Source: Tubulanus polymorphus
Taxonomy: Eukaryota > Animalia > Nemertea
DNA length: 64,000 bases
Assembly (NCBI RefSeq): GCF_964204645.1
Contig: NC_134029.1
Location: 6,944,001 to 7,008,000, forward strand
Reading direction: 5' to 3'
Both the position numbers and the translations under genes were made by a program. The notes beneath the pieces were generated by a model. It ran no database searches. It was not told where the DNA came from and saw only the letters and a program-made list of their open reading frames with translations. Shown here one piece after another: positions 1 to 10,280 of this stretch. Positions within the stretch are counted from its first letter, which is position 1; every line of letters starts with the position of its first letter.

Positions 1-166
1 AGGGGAGACTCTTCACCCATTAATTCTATGGCTGATTATTGTGGCAGAATGTTGATGCAACAAAGTTTGAATCCCTGCACTTCTTTGCGAATAACTGCAA
101 CTTGTAAATGCATGCAGTCTGTGACATTCATTTAAGGCATCGCATTTTCGATCGCTTTACTTTCAG

Positions 167-320
167 CTTCTTTGCATGACAAATCGACTAACTTAGTGTT
201 CGGTGTAGCTAGACTAACATGGTCATTGTCAAACATGGAACTAAGTCTTAAAAATGATGAATATACTGAATACGTATCGACTCATGCTCTTGATGGTCGT
301 GTCATGAATCTGGACAAAAG
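167..320 (+). CDS. bHLH-PAS family gene, internal exon (start of PAS-B)
   Basis: Acceptor tactttcAG (165-166), donor AG|GTTAGC (321). Reads SLHDKSTNLVFGVARLTWSLSNMELSLKNDEYTEYVSTHALDGRVMNLDKR; the last 18 residues match the PAS-B start of CLOCK/BMAL/Met proteins. Phase matches the next exon. Not in the ORF track. Confidence 0.85.
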
Positions 321-693
321 GTTAGCATTATTCATGAATTAGAAAAAAATTGGTTCCAAACCAATTTCATTTGCAAGTCTGTACTGAAAATATTGATTTT
401 TTAAAGCCTGATTAGACTTAGTACTACATAGCTACAGTACTGGGCTTAAGTTTTGCATAATTTCCTGTTTTCGCCCACTTTGGACTTTAATCCCACGGGG
501 CTATTGTGTCCGCTTTCCATTCGTCTGTTGACAGAATCTACGTAGTTTTCTCGGGAAGATGTCAACCTGCTTTGATGACTAGTCTTGATATTCACATTAT
601 TTATGTATCTACCCTAGACACATCAGTGGCACAAAATTGTAGCCTGATCAGAATCGAGATGGCCAACTTGTGGCCATTGTTGTTTTCCAAAAT

Positions 694-770
694 CAGGGGG
701 TCATTTGCTAAAAAATAGGTTAAAGATAACCGGCGGATAAATACCATATAGTAACAATAAACTTTTTTCA
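694..770. mobile_element. fragment of a MITE-like repeat, same family as 4781-4900
   Basis: CAGGGGGTCATTTGCTAAAAAATAGGTTAAAGATAACCGGCGGATAA closely resembles CAGGGGCCAGTTGCTCAAAAGTTGGTTAAAGATAAGCGGCGGACAA at 4781. Confidence 0.6.
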
Positions 771-918
771 TAGAAATTGTTTGGCATTACCAGTTCCCTA
801 ATGGGCATGGTGTCCCTGGACTCATAGCTTTCTTTTCCTTTATTCCGATCTTAAGAATGTTTTATACAATAGTTATTCAGAAGCTTTTTCCTTGATCACG
901 CGAGTTCATATTTTTCAG

Positions 919-1025
919 GGCAGCTGTGATTATTGGATATCTAAATCAGGAGCTTGTTGGCACTACCCCTTACGCGAAATGTCATCCGGATGATATGATA
1001 TTCGTTTTGAGGAGTCACGAAAAAT
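919..1025 (+). CDS. bHLH-PAS family gene, PAS-B exon (107 nt)
   Basis: tttttcAG acceptor, GTAAGA donor. Reads AAVIIGYLNQELVGTTPYAKCHPDDMIFVLRSHEK, containing the PAS signature GY..EL.G...Y...HPDD. Confidence 0.92.
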
Positions 1026-1153
1026 GTAAGATTTCAACGCAAAATTCAGTGGGTGATGTGTCATTTCGGTGTCAGCTAAGAATCATGGAAACTTTTCTTG
1101 TACGCTCGAAAGTTTGCTCAGTATTTCGAATGTTTCGAATTTTTGTGTTTCAG

Positions 1154-1301
1154 TATTAGAATGCGGTTTCACGAACAGTACGGTATTCAGGCTGATATCA
1201 TGGGACAACAAACAATTGTACATAAACGCTCAGTCACAAATTATTTATGATAAATGGACTAATGAGCCGAAGCACATAATGAGCTGTAATAGAATTCTAC
1301 A
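1154..1301 (+). CDS. bHLH-PAS family gene, PAC-motif exon (148 nt)
   Basis: tgtttcAG acceptor, GTGAGT donor. Reads LLECGFTNSTVFRLISWDNKQLYINAQSQIIYDKWTNEPKHIMSCNRILQ, which aligns without gaps to the CLOCK PAC segment as I recall it. Confidence 0.9.
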
Positions 1302-2210
1302 GTGAGTAACTATTCAAAGTCAATGATGCCATCGTGTTTCTGTAACTACGCGTATTATGACATTAAGAGCCCCAGTTTTAGCAATATTTTAGTTCTGCGC
1401 CTGAATATACTTGTGATAGGGTACCCAACATTGTTCATCCTCAGTACCTACTATAGTCGACTCCGCTTTATTCGGAGCCAAATTACTCGTATTTTCACAT
1501 ATTTCATAGACGTCGGCAAGTCTGAATTATTTCAAGAGAAACCTTTAATAGATAATTCATTTCACTCGTAGAAATAACTTGTACTATTGCTTTATCCGTA
1601 CTATATTTTTGGTTGAATGAAATTACATAGTAATCAAACTAGTTAATCTGTACTGCTGAGATCGTCGGCAGAAAACATATGTAGTCCTACAGTTAGTGTC
1701 ACTGGCTTGTTTACTAGTGAGAGCCACTTATAGTTTTATTTTCTTCAGGTTCTCAGCAGATGACCGTTCGCATTTTATGTAATCTATACGCCCGAAGCCA
1801 CAATGCTCAAGAAAAAGGAGCCATTCTCTGCTTCATGCTTTCGAAGATTTTTGGGTTTATTGCCAATATTCAATACAACGCAACTTATTTTCAACAACTT
1901 AGTATTCTTTAAGTCATACATGCATTATATTAAGTTTAACACCTAGGTACGAGTTTTATGACTGCTTTGGCAATCTTTGGAAAATATCAAGTCACCTTGC
2001 TCATATCTGGCTTAATACGTATGAAAATCACCAGTCCCCAAAGATACGAGCTAAGCGGAGTTAACTGTATCTATGGTTTCAAATTCTTCCTTCCTACGTG
2101 CTTTCTCATAAGGCAGTCTGAGCTGTTACCTAGTCATCACTTCTGACTAGTCAGCAAACTTTTTTGTCTTGGATTAGGGAGATGAATAACACGATTGCTA
2201 TCTCTTACAG

Positions 2211-2760
2211 GTCTTCGGTTGGTGAAAATCTGAGGCGCAAGCAATTAGTCAAGAAAGAACCGGGCGTCCAGACAGGAATCAAAGTCAGCAGCGATGACCA
2301 AAAACGGGATGAACGGATCAATACTTTGGACGATAAGACCAACGTGTTGCATTGTGTTTGCATCGGTGAGAATTGTTACACGTTGTCAGTGCCGTCAGAA
2401 GTAGTCAGCGACGGGTTCTATGACTTGGAAGGTCATCACGGTTTTTTCAACTTGGCCGACCACAGCGAGTGCTACGGGTCGGAGGATCATCAAACGATGG
2501 CGATCGACCTGCAAAGCCGTGGCGTGTCTCACAATGGAAAATATCTCAATTCGAACAATCCCATGAAATTGTTGTCCGATGAACTTACTACTACTTTCAA
2601 CCCGGGAACAGGTCGATATGGCACGTGTTGCCCTGTAGACAGGTACACATCACCAGATGGCGCAGCTGAGCCTAATTTCGAATGTCAAAGTAAACAAGTC
2701 GGTCCTGTCTACGAACTCTCTTCCAATTATGGTGAAGCGAGTGGCTCGACTTGCGATTGA
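2211..2760 (+). CDS. bHLH-PAS family gene, probable terminal coding exon
   Basis: tctcttacAG acceptor at 2209-2210. The phase-2 join is in frame with ORF 2164..2760 (SSVGENLRRKQLVKKEP...GSTCD*), 182 codons to TGA. Confidence 0.75.
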
Positions 2761-3097
2761 GGCCGATGCTACTGTTTGTTGCTTTTTAGAGTATATTTTT
2801 CAATCTGCTCATATGAATGGGGTTTTAATTCACAGATTTTGTAAACCAAAAAATATTCGAACATGCTACTTCCTTAATAGATGTTATAAGTGGGATCAAG
2901 GGGCTTCGGCCCCTTTGTCAGGATAAAGATTGCCAAAACCAGCATCCTCTTAAGATTGCATTTTTTTAGATATATTTCTTTAGATATTTCTAAGGAAAAG
3001 AAATGCCTTTCCTTTTCTTTTGAATGCCTGTCTTCCACCTTTCCTAAATCAGCCCCTGGACATATACGGTATCTTTTTGGTCTTGTGAATTGTTTGG

Positions 3098-3103
3098 AAT
3101 AAA
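3098..3103 (+). promoter_or_regulatory. candidate polyadenylation signal of the PAS gene
   Basis: AATAAA about 340 nt after the stop codon, followed by T-rich sequence. Confidence 0.3.
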
Positions 3104-3449
3104 GGTTTTTCTTACAATTCTCTTCTAAGACCAGTGTTTCATTTGGTGAAACGTATCTGGGACTTTCCGGGTAAGAAATCAAGCAATGCAGATAAATGAA
3201 CCGGGTGATCTATCCAATTTTATGTCATCTACAGTACGGCCTAGAAGTAACTTATCGGTAACCTTGTTTGCATTTGGTTTTGTCTTTATTTACATTCAAA
3301 AGGCATTTTGTAATTCGTTCGGCGCTCCGGGACTAAAATGCTTGTTTCGAACGGCATCCTCGCCGCTAAGACACATTAGGTAGCTGGATACAAAGAAACT
3401 CAGAACAATCCTAGGTGTTCATAACATGACTACGTGTATGCTTCTCTAT

Positions 3450-3518
<69 letters not shown>
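3450..3518. repeat. compound (CT)n(AT)n microsatellite
   Basis: Directly visible. Confidence 0.98.
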
Positions 3519-3520
<2 letters not shown>

Positions 3521-4780
3521 CTATTACTTAAAATGCTGGTTAAATTTTCGCCTTCTGAATCCGTCCATCTATTATCCGTATCTAATGATTCAGTATTGTA
3601 ATTGTTGTTTCAATGCATACATATTTAGCTGTTTACATATCTTAAAAGTACGATGAATTTTTAGAACCTAGTACAACTCGGAATCGAACTGTTATCACAC
3701 GTTTCCTGAGCCGTCTTGAATGAAACATTCGAAGATTTGTTTATTTTCGCATCAAATCATTTATACTCTCTTGAGTTTAGAAGCTAGGCTAAAAGAAAAT
3801 TCGCACCTCGTTCTCTCCTTTCTGCTGAGCTTAAAAGTTGACCCGGTCGGCTGCATATCTACCCTGTACATTACTTTTGATCACCGTGATCAAGCCAACA
3901 ATAACTGACCCGGCAGCTATAGAATTAAACTGATAACAAATTTTCTTGCAGTTTACGAAAGTTACACGGCCCATTAGGAGAAACTAGGTATAATTTTTTT
4001 TAGCCTAAATTTTCATGCTTCATTGCTCAAAATGGTATATAATAGTAAGGTAAACTCTTATTAAGAATGATGCAGGCATTACGACCTTGCCAAAGTTGTC
4101 GTAGTCAGGACTCGTCCTAAAGATGACTTACGCTTTAGTAAAGTCAATTGGAAATATAAATCAGGGCTTAAGAAAAGATGGCTTATGATGACTTCTCTAA
4201 TGATGATAAGGTTGGCTGTATTTAGATTTAAAAGTTGCACTGATAGAGAAGACCTTCAATACATAGTGAAGGCCTTATTTGACTAGAACTTGACAATATT
4301 GTTTAATTGGGTTTTTCATGGATGATCAGGCTTAACGTTTGCTCCCGAATGTCTTGTACTGGAGTTAACCGTTGGTGATAGCGAACCCAGTGATACCTAC
4401 TTGTCTCAATTTCTATAATATTTATACATTATTTACTGACATCATGTACAGTATTACCATGTTTAATGCGTGGCAAATTTACGTATATTGTCTGTTGAAA
4501 AATATGTATTGAGTTACTCTTTGACTGCTGGTGTCAGTCAATCAATTGACTTTGTCATGACGGAAATGTTATGGACCTAATCATGAAAATACGTCAATTT
4601 CTTCATTTTCTGAATGCATGTACGAGTTGTTTCAACTGACAGTCTTACTGGTGAAGCGACCAAACAAGCCAGCGCAGGTTATCCTCTAGAAATCATGCTT
4701 ATTCCGTCCTTTTTATTTTGTGATTTACATTTATCAAATCCTCGAAACACAAATACATGTATTAATAATCCATACACGTA

Positions 4781-4900
4781 CAGGGGCCAGTTGCTCAAAA
4801 GTTGGTTAAAGATAAGCGGCGGACAATATCATAGTAACATTGAACTTTCAATTGTCGGCATGTCAACTATCCACCGGTTGACTCTAACCAACTTTTTGCG
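4781..4900. mobile_element. MITE-like imperfect palindrome (Harbinger-like GGGCC end)
   Basis: AAAAGTTGGTTAAAG ... CTCTAACCAACTTTT inverted arms; a second copy lies at 694. Confidence 0.6.
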
Positions 4901-5553
4901 TTTTCCACTCAAAGCTTATGTTTATAAATGACGATACACACATTTTGGATCTAGATTGTTAAAAAGGATACCAAGACCAAGACTCCAAGGGACATCAGTC
5001 GGTATGATATCCAACCTCTATGTTGTCGTGATGAATATTCTAGTATACTAGCAAATACAGGTACCAAACAACGGCATGGGTAGAAATTGCTAGAATCCGG
5101 TAACGTCGCTCAGGTGCAAAAATGCTATTTCTTAGGTTTTTCATTGACAACATTGAACATCGACAAATATTAACCACAGGACATTCTACCCATATCCCCG
5201 GTCATGTATTGCCAAATTTGACTGTAAGTGGCTTACTGTAAGAGGAGTAACGTGACAAACATTTCCTCGTCACCGTCAGTGATAGTGTACGTATATTTTT
5301 GTATTCTGTGCTGGTGAAACTTCCACCTTTTATTGGAGTCTTGCGTAATTTGAATGTAAAGTATCAATAATACTCGGTCATGCCGTTGCATGTTTATATA
5401 TTATGTATTTTTGTGACAATGTTTATTAGATTTTATAGATGTCCATATAAACAAACGTTACGTGATTGAAAATGATGTTATGAACAAATTAAACACGGTG
5501 TTTTTGTTGTCTCTTCGGTAAACCTCGCTTAACTTGGACTAAGTGGGCACAGC

Positions 5554-5662
5554 GGCAAGTGCAGTATCTGGGCAAACCGGCAAGTGAAGTAACCGCGCAA
5601 ACCAGCAAGTGCAGTAACTGGGCAAACCGGCAAGTGCAGTAACTGGGCAAACCGGCAAGTGA
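5554..5662. repeat. 25-bp minisatellite, about 4.3 copies
   Basis: Head-to-tail GGCAAGTGCAGTAACTGGGCAAACC units with no spacers, just after a pogo/Tigger-like end (CGGTAAACCTCGCTTAACTTGGAC at 5516). Confidence 0.92.
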
Positions 5663-5805
5663 TGTCCGAGTGAAAGATGGGAAAATACACTAGGGAGTCA
5701 AAGTGATTTTGTTTTTGTCCGAGTTTGCCATCTTCGAGTGTGATCGCGGCTATGGTTACATGAGGAGTCAGCCTATAGCCGATCGGATGGACATTGGACT
5801 CGTTC

Positions 5806-5950
5806 AAGTCTGACGTAAACGGCAAAACGTTTGTTTCATCGGAGACGCACAAAACGTTTTGAGTAAAAAAATTACTCGCAAATGATAAAACGCACACGGC
5901 ATAACGAGATACATCGAAAACGTTTTTTCCTTGCCGTCTGCGTTGGGCTT
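5806..5950. mobile_element. Harbinger-like MITE
   Basis: Ends AAGTCTGACGTAAACGGCAA and TTGCCGTCTGCGTTGGGCTT are imperfect inverted repeats; the right end matches the arm of the 41281-41345 palindrome. Confidence 0.6.
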
Positions 5951-6566
5951 TGGACTCCACCAATAAGCGCGCTTTCGATCGACTAAGGGATTTATGAGTG
6001 TCTAATCCTGGAATTTATTCCTCCTAGATGTTGGATTCCGGTGTTTTAGATCTGTCACACGAATATGAAATATCCCCTGCCAATTTAAATTTGCCCTCCC
6101 TCGTACGCGTTCTGATACACGTTCTTCATGAAACAGGTGATAGCCCAATGTGCCTTCAGAAAAAATAGAGTTGACATTATGATATTTCGTGAAGATTAGA
6201 CCTAATCCCACCATTTTAGACGATGTAATGCCATTTTCCTCAAATGCAAGAAACCGGGCACCTCAATTTTAATAAATCTAGTTGAGAATTTGCAGTTAAT
6301 GAATATGTATTTAATTCCTAACCTGATACGAATACAGTGGGGCTACGTATAATCTATTCAAGAGTTTTTTCTTCGGTTTCAACTTCTTAACACAACTTTG
6401 AAGTCGCTGTCCCACTTAGCGTAGTAGATTTCAACAACGAATTCACCATATTCGGGTAGATTTAGCTCTTAAAAGCTCAAAAACTAAATAACAAAATATG
6501 AAACATATATTGATTTAGATTATCAAGCAGACATCGAGAGATTTAATCCAGCTTTCCATTACGGTA

Positions 6567-7134
6567 CAGTACACTTCGCTCAGTTCTGACGTTTAGGACC
6601 GTAAAGATATGTCCGACCATGGACGTATAAACTAGATACGTCCATGGTCCGACTTAGGTGATATCCGAGTTGGATGTCATGTATTTCATAATAAGTGTCA
6701 CAAAATATATACATCAACAAACATCCGAATGGGACGGTTATCGAAGTTGAGCGGATCCGACTTAGGCAGTCGGGCGGATCTAGGATATTTGAAGGGGAGG
6801 GGCCCAGGGAAGTAATAAGGGACCATATGAAATCAAACTGTAATGACGATCGCATAACAGCATAGCCCTTATGGCCGACGACTGTGAGGGGCCCCGGGTA
6901 CTCGACAATAGAAATGTTTTGAAATTTTGAGAAGAATTTGATGGGATTTCCACAGAGTTGAATAATGAAATCTATGAAATTAATCATAAAATACACAATA
7001 CCACATCCACAATCAAAATGCTATTGTATATTTATAATTTTGCATGAGAAAACACCACTTTAATTGAAAAATGTCACTTGGGATTTCTCAAGATTTCTTT
7101 TTGGGCACCTTCAAACCCTGGGCAGAGTCTACTG
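6567..7134. mobile_element. pogo/Tigger-like MITE interrupted by a nested insertion
   Basis: Starts TA-CAGTACAC and ends GTCTACTG; internal GTCCGA motifs and a 14-bp hairpin GACCATGGACGTAT/ATACGTCCATGGTC. Confidence 0.55.
6767..7120. mobile_element. non-autonomous DNA element of the CAGGGGCGGATC family, nested
   Basis: Starts CAGTCGGGCGGATCTAGGAT, ends CCCTG, flanked by a GG/GG duplication; the left end matches those at 22303 and 29673. Confidence 0.6.
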
Positions 7135-9319
7135 TGTATATAGGATAAAACCTTGCCCAATATGTATCGCCCAGTATTATTTACCTACCATGATTTTCGT
7201 GGGGCGCGTCTCATTCTTTATTGAAGTTGTTATACGCAGATCTATGTAAATAAGACAAACGAATTACACGCTGGAGACCGTCGACGTCTATTTCCTATTC
7301 TTAATTGGCAGACATCTCCCGGGAATATAGTGCATGTTCCGTCATATACACGGCTTGTCTCTCTTGATCGTCTCTTTACCATAAGCAAATAGCTCAAAAT
7401 AAACCCGAAAGCGTATGCCATTACACGACTGTTAAACTGTTATATAGTTCCAGTTGATATGGGTCATGATTTGTGCTAATATTTGTGGGAATGTTTCAAT
7501 CTTCAATTTCGTGAATATTTTCCAAGCTACCCGCGCCGATTGATCGGTTCAGTTTTTTGCTCTCTCATTTGCTGTATTTCATCTGTCTCGACGCATCAAC
7601 AAATCCCGGCTTGTCAACCTGATTAATTAGTCTGAATTAAATCTGCCACGATTTGGATTAGATGCTGTAACCAAGACGTTACTGAAATAGGGCGCACGTC
7701 GCGCTTTTTTATTGTACAGATAGTAACCGACGTCAGCGAATTTGCACCAACCAATAACATTTAATTTCGTTATTTCGTTTCAAAAATAACGCTTTTGTTT
7801 GACTTAGCGAACATTCTAAATAGGATAGGTGGCTGATTTGGGCCATACTAAAAAAATGCCCTTACGGCTGGAGGCATGAAAAAAATTTCATTATCGTGCC
7901 TTAAGCTTTACATATATATGTTTTAGTATGGCCCGAATCGGCCACCATAGATAGGTCTATCCTCTGGAAGTAATATTTGTAAGTTCGGCACTCTGTTCAT
8001 AAAGCTTTCTGTTGATATTGATGTAGCCGTCTGCATCTCACAGTTCCTCGTTTTATCGTCTGCCCGTCTGTCTCTGAAATGGAGGCGTCGCGCGGACAAT
8101 CCCGGGTTATTGGTTTTATCCGATATCAATCGGGAGAAAGTTGCAGTAACTTTTACTCCTATCGGTTAATTGTTTGGCCTTTGTGCATTCGCCACAGGAT
8201 TGGATGCGATCGCGAAACGTGAATTACAATTTATGGCTACTGCACGACTCCGCTGCCGTCGTGATTCAGAACGCGGTATGAAACTCACTAACAAAAACAT
8301 AAGATAATCAGATTGTCATACATACCGTTGATGTTAAGACACTTGAACAACTTTTTAAGATATACAAATGTAATTGGTTGTATGCAGTTGGCAACTGGTG
8401 CAATGCGACGAGGCCGTCCGATGTTAGCATCGTCAGGGATTCAAACATGTTGGCTGCCAAAGTCCCTAAAAAAATTACAAAAAAATATGACACCCTCCAC
8501 CAATTTTATTCACATACAAATTCTACGCTCATATAAACCTACTTTTCGCTTTAACGTGGCTTCGGACCATATGAACAGATGAGACGCAACCTGTACCAAT
8601 ACTTTTTTAAAAAAGAAAAGGCGTCTTAAACCTACGTTTATAATGGAAAAAAACACGTTAAACCAAAAACGTGGCATTTTCGTAAATTGCAAAAATGGAC
8701 GGAGAATGCGTGTGATATAGTGATCTTTATGCATATGTATAGTTTCTTAATTGGGCTCGAATCAGCGACCATTCCTGATGCCATTGCAGGTCTGTATCCT
8801 TGCCGAGAGAAGATTGTGTACACGAACTTCATTCGCGTTAGCCACCGGCAGCATCTTCACATTTGCAATTAAATTGAATATCAACTCAAGTAGTTGAGAG
8901 TAGCCTACAGTTTACGCGAGTCCTTCTATATATACGTAATATTTCAGTCGGTCGGGTATAAGGATGAATATTATCGAATGTTCGAATACTGCGCCAGTTG
9001 TAGACCTATATTGCTTCCATCGTCTTTGTCATGCATGGATTGACATTCGCGCATCGGTCAAGGAATGATCTTTAAAGCGTCAGCAAAGTACAAAGTAGTT
9101 ACTGTATTTGAGTAATATTCGCTACTTCATTCGTTTCAATCAACGTTATTCGAAATCTATTATGCGTAAATGACTGAACAAATAAACGAGAAAAATAATG
9201 TTTAGTCGAACAGTACGGTGATCATTACTTAACGTTACGTGTGCGACGAATCATTGCGACTATCTCTGAATCAATAGCAGAGAGCGGCGTACGTCACCCG
9301 TGATTTTATAGTCACGAGC

Positions 9320-9543
9320 CAGTTGACGCAACTCGCAAATGATAATGATGTTGATGCGCTCGACAACCAGGCGGTCTTGACGACAAAAACCAACGCCGCA
9401 TCGGGAATTCGTACTACGCCAGTAACCGTAGCAACAGGATTCATCGCAGAAAAAAATATCAAAAAACCTGACTCAAACTGCAGTCGTAAAAGACACACCA
9501 GCGTCTGTAGTTCAGAGCATCGCAAAGTACGTGCTTGTTCTAG
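9320..9543 (+). other. candidate upstream non-coding exon (possible alternative first exon of SK)
   Basis: Consensus donor AG|GTAAGT at 9544 closing a CpG-rich stretch. Start is approximate and the link to SK is inferred. Confidence 0.3.
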
Positions 9544-10195
9544 GTAAGTAACTTTCGAATGAATTTTTCCTTCGGATAAACAATATGATATACACAAAAA
9601 GTTTAAATCAATAACTAGGATATATGTACAATTCACAAAGTAGGGTGAAGAAAATTTTGACGGCAAGCTCACACTCTGAAAACTGTCATTTTCAACGTTT
9701 CTATCACGCAGTTCTAAAACATGTTCGATCATTATATAAAAGTTATTTTTCTGACTCGTTTCCATTTTTGTATTCGACCCGCGTCGTGTTCACTACTAAC
9801 TAATTTACGGGCAAGAGCGCCTCCCGTTCACTCTTGCGCGGGAAAATTGTACAAATTGGTGATTCATGACCGCATATGTGTAAATATGGTATCATTACGA
9901 ACAAAACGAGTTGACATAGCAACTGAAAAATGATCGTAAAGAGCGATTAGATGTTTTGTCTGTTGTATATTTGATGGTTATATTAGATACACCACCGAAG
10001 GACATTAGGCCTGGGTTTAGATAAGAGCGGATATTATCGGAGCCGATTTTTAGTGCGCGGTCGAATTTCCATACACTTTTTGCACACGATCGACAATTAC
10101 TAACTTTTTAAAAGTTGTCGCGTCGCACGTAGATCTAAAACAGTCTTCGTAACTATTTTCGCATTTCCAATAACGTCTGTAAACTAATGGTGTTC

Positions 10196-10280
10196 ATAAT
10201 GATAATAATGATAATGATAATTTGTATAGGGAGCGCGTTAATTCCACGCAAAAAAAGCTCCTCCAGCGTTCAACAGCTGA
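10196..10280 (-). mobile_element. 3' tail remnant of an L2-like LINE or SINE
   Basis: (ATA/ATG)n simple-repeat tail adjoining TTTGTATAGGGAGCGC, resembling a reverse-oriented L2-type 3' end. Confidence 0.35.

Noticed and set aside
42-76. tRNA-like A and B boxes (TGGCAGAATG ... GTTTGAATCC)
   Set aside because: The spacing is too short and there is no cloverleaf; at most a decayed SINE trace.
5554-5662. CRISPR-like 25-bp repeats
   Set aside because: The units abut with no unique spacers, there are no cas genes, and the context is eukaryotic; it is a minisatellite.
5529-5963. 144-aa minus-strand ORF
   Set aside because: It runs across the minisatellite and a MITE and has no recognisable domain.
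8198-8275. 78-nt exon-like block (CACAG...GTATGA)
   Set aside because: No recognisable product and no neighbouring exons to link it to.
9271-9765. 164-aa minus-strand ORF
   Set aside because: No recognisable motif or splice partners; probably an antisense shadow of a GC-richer region.
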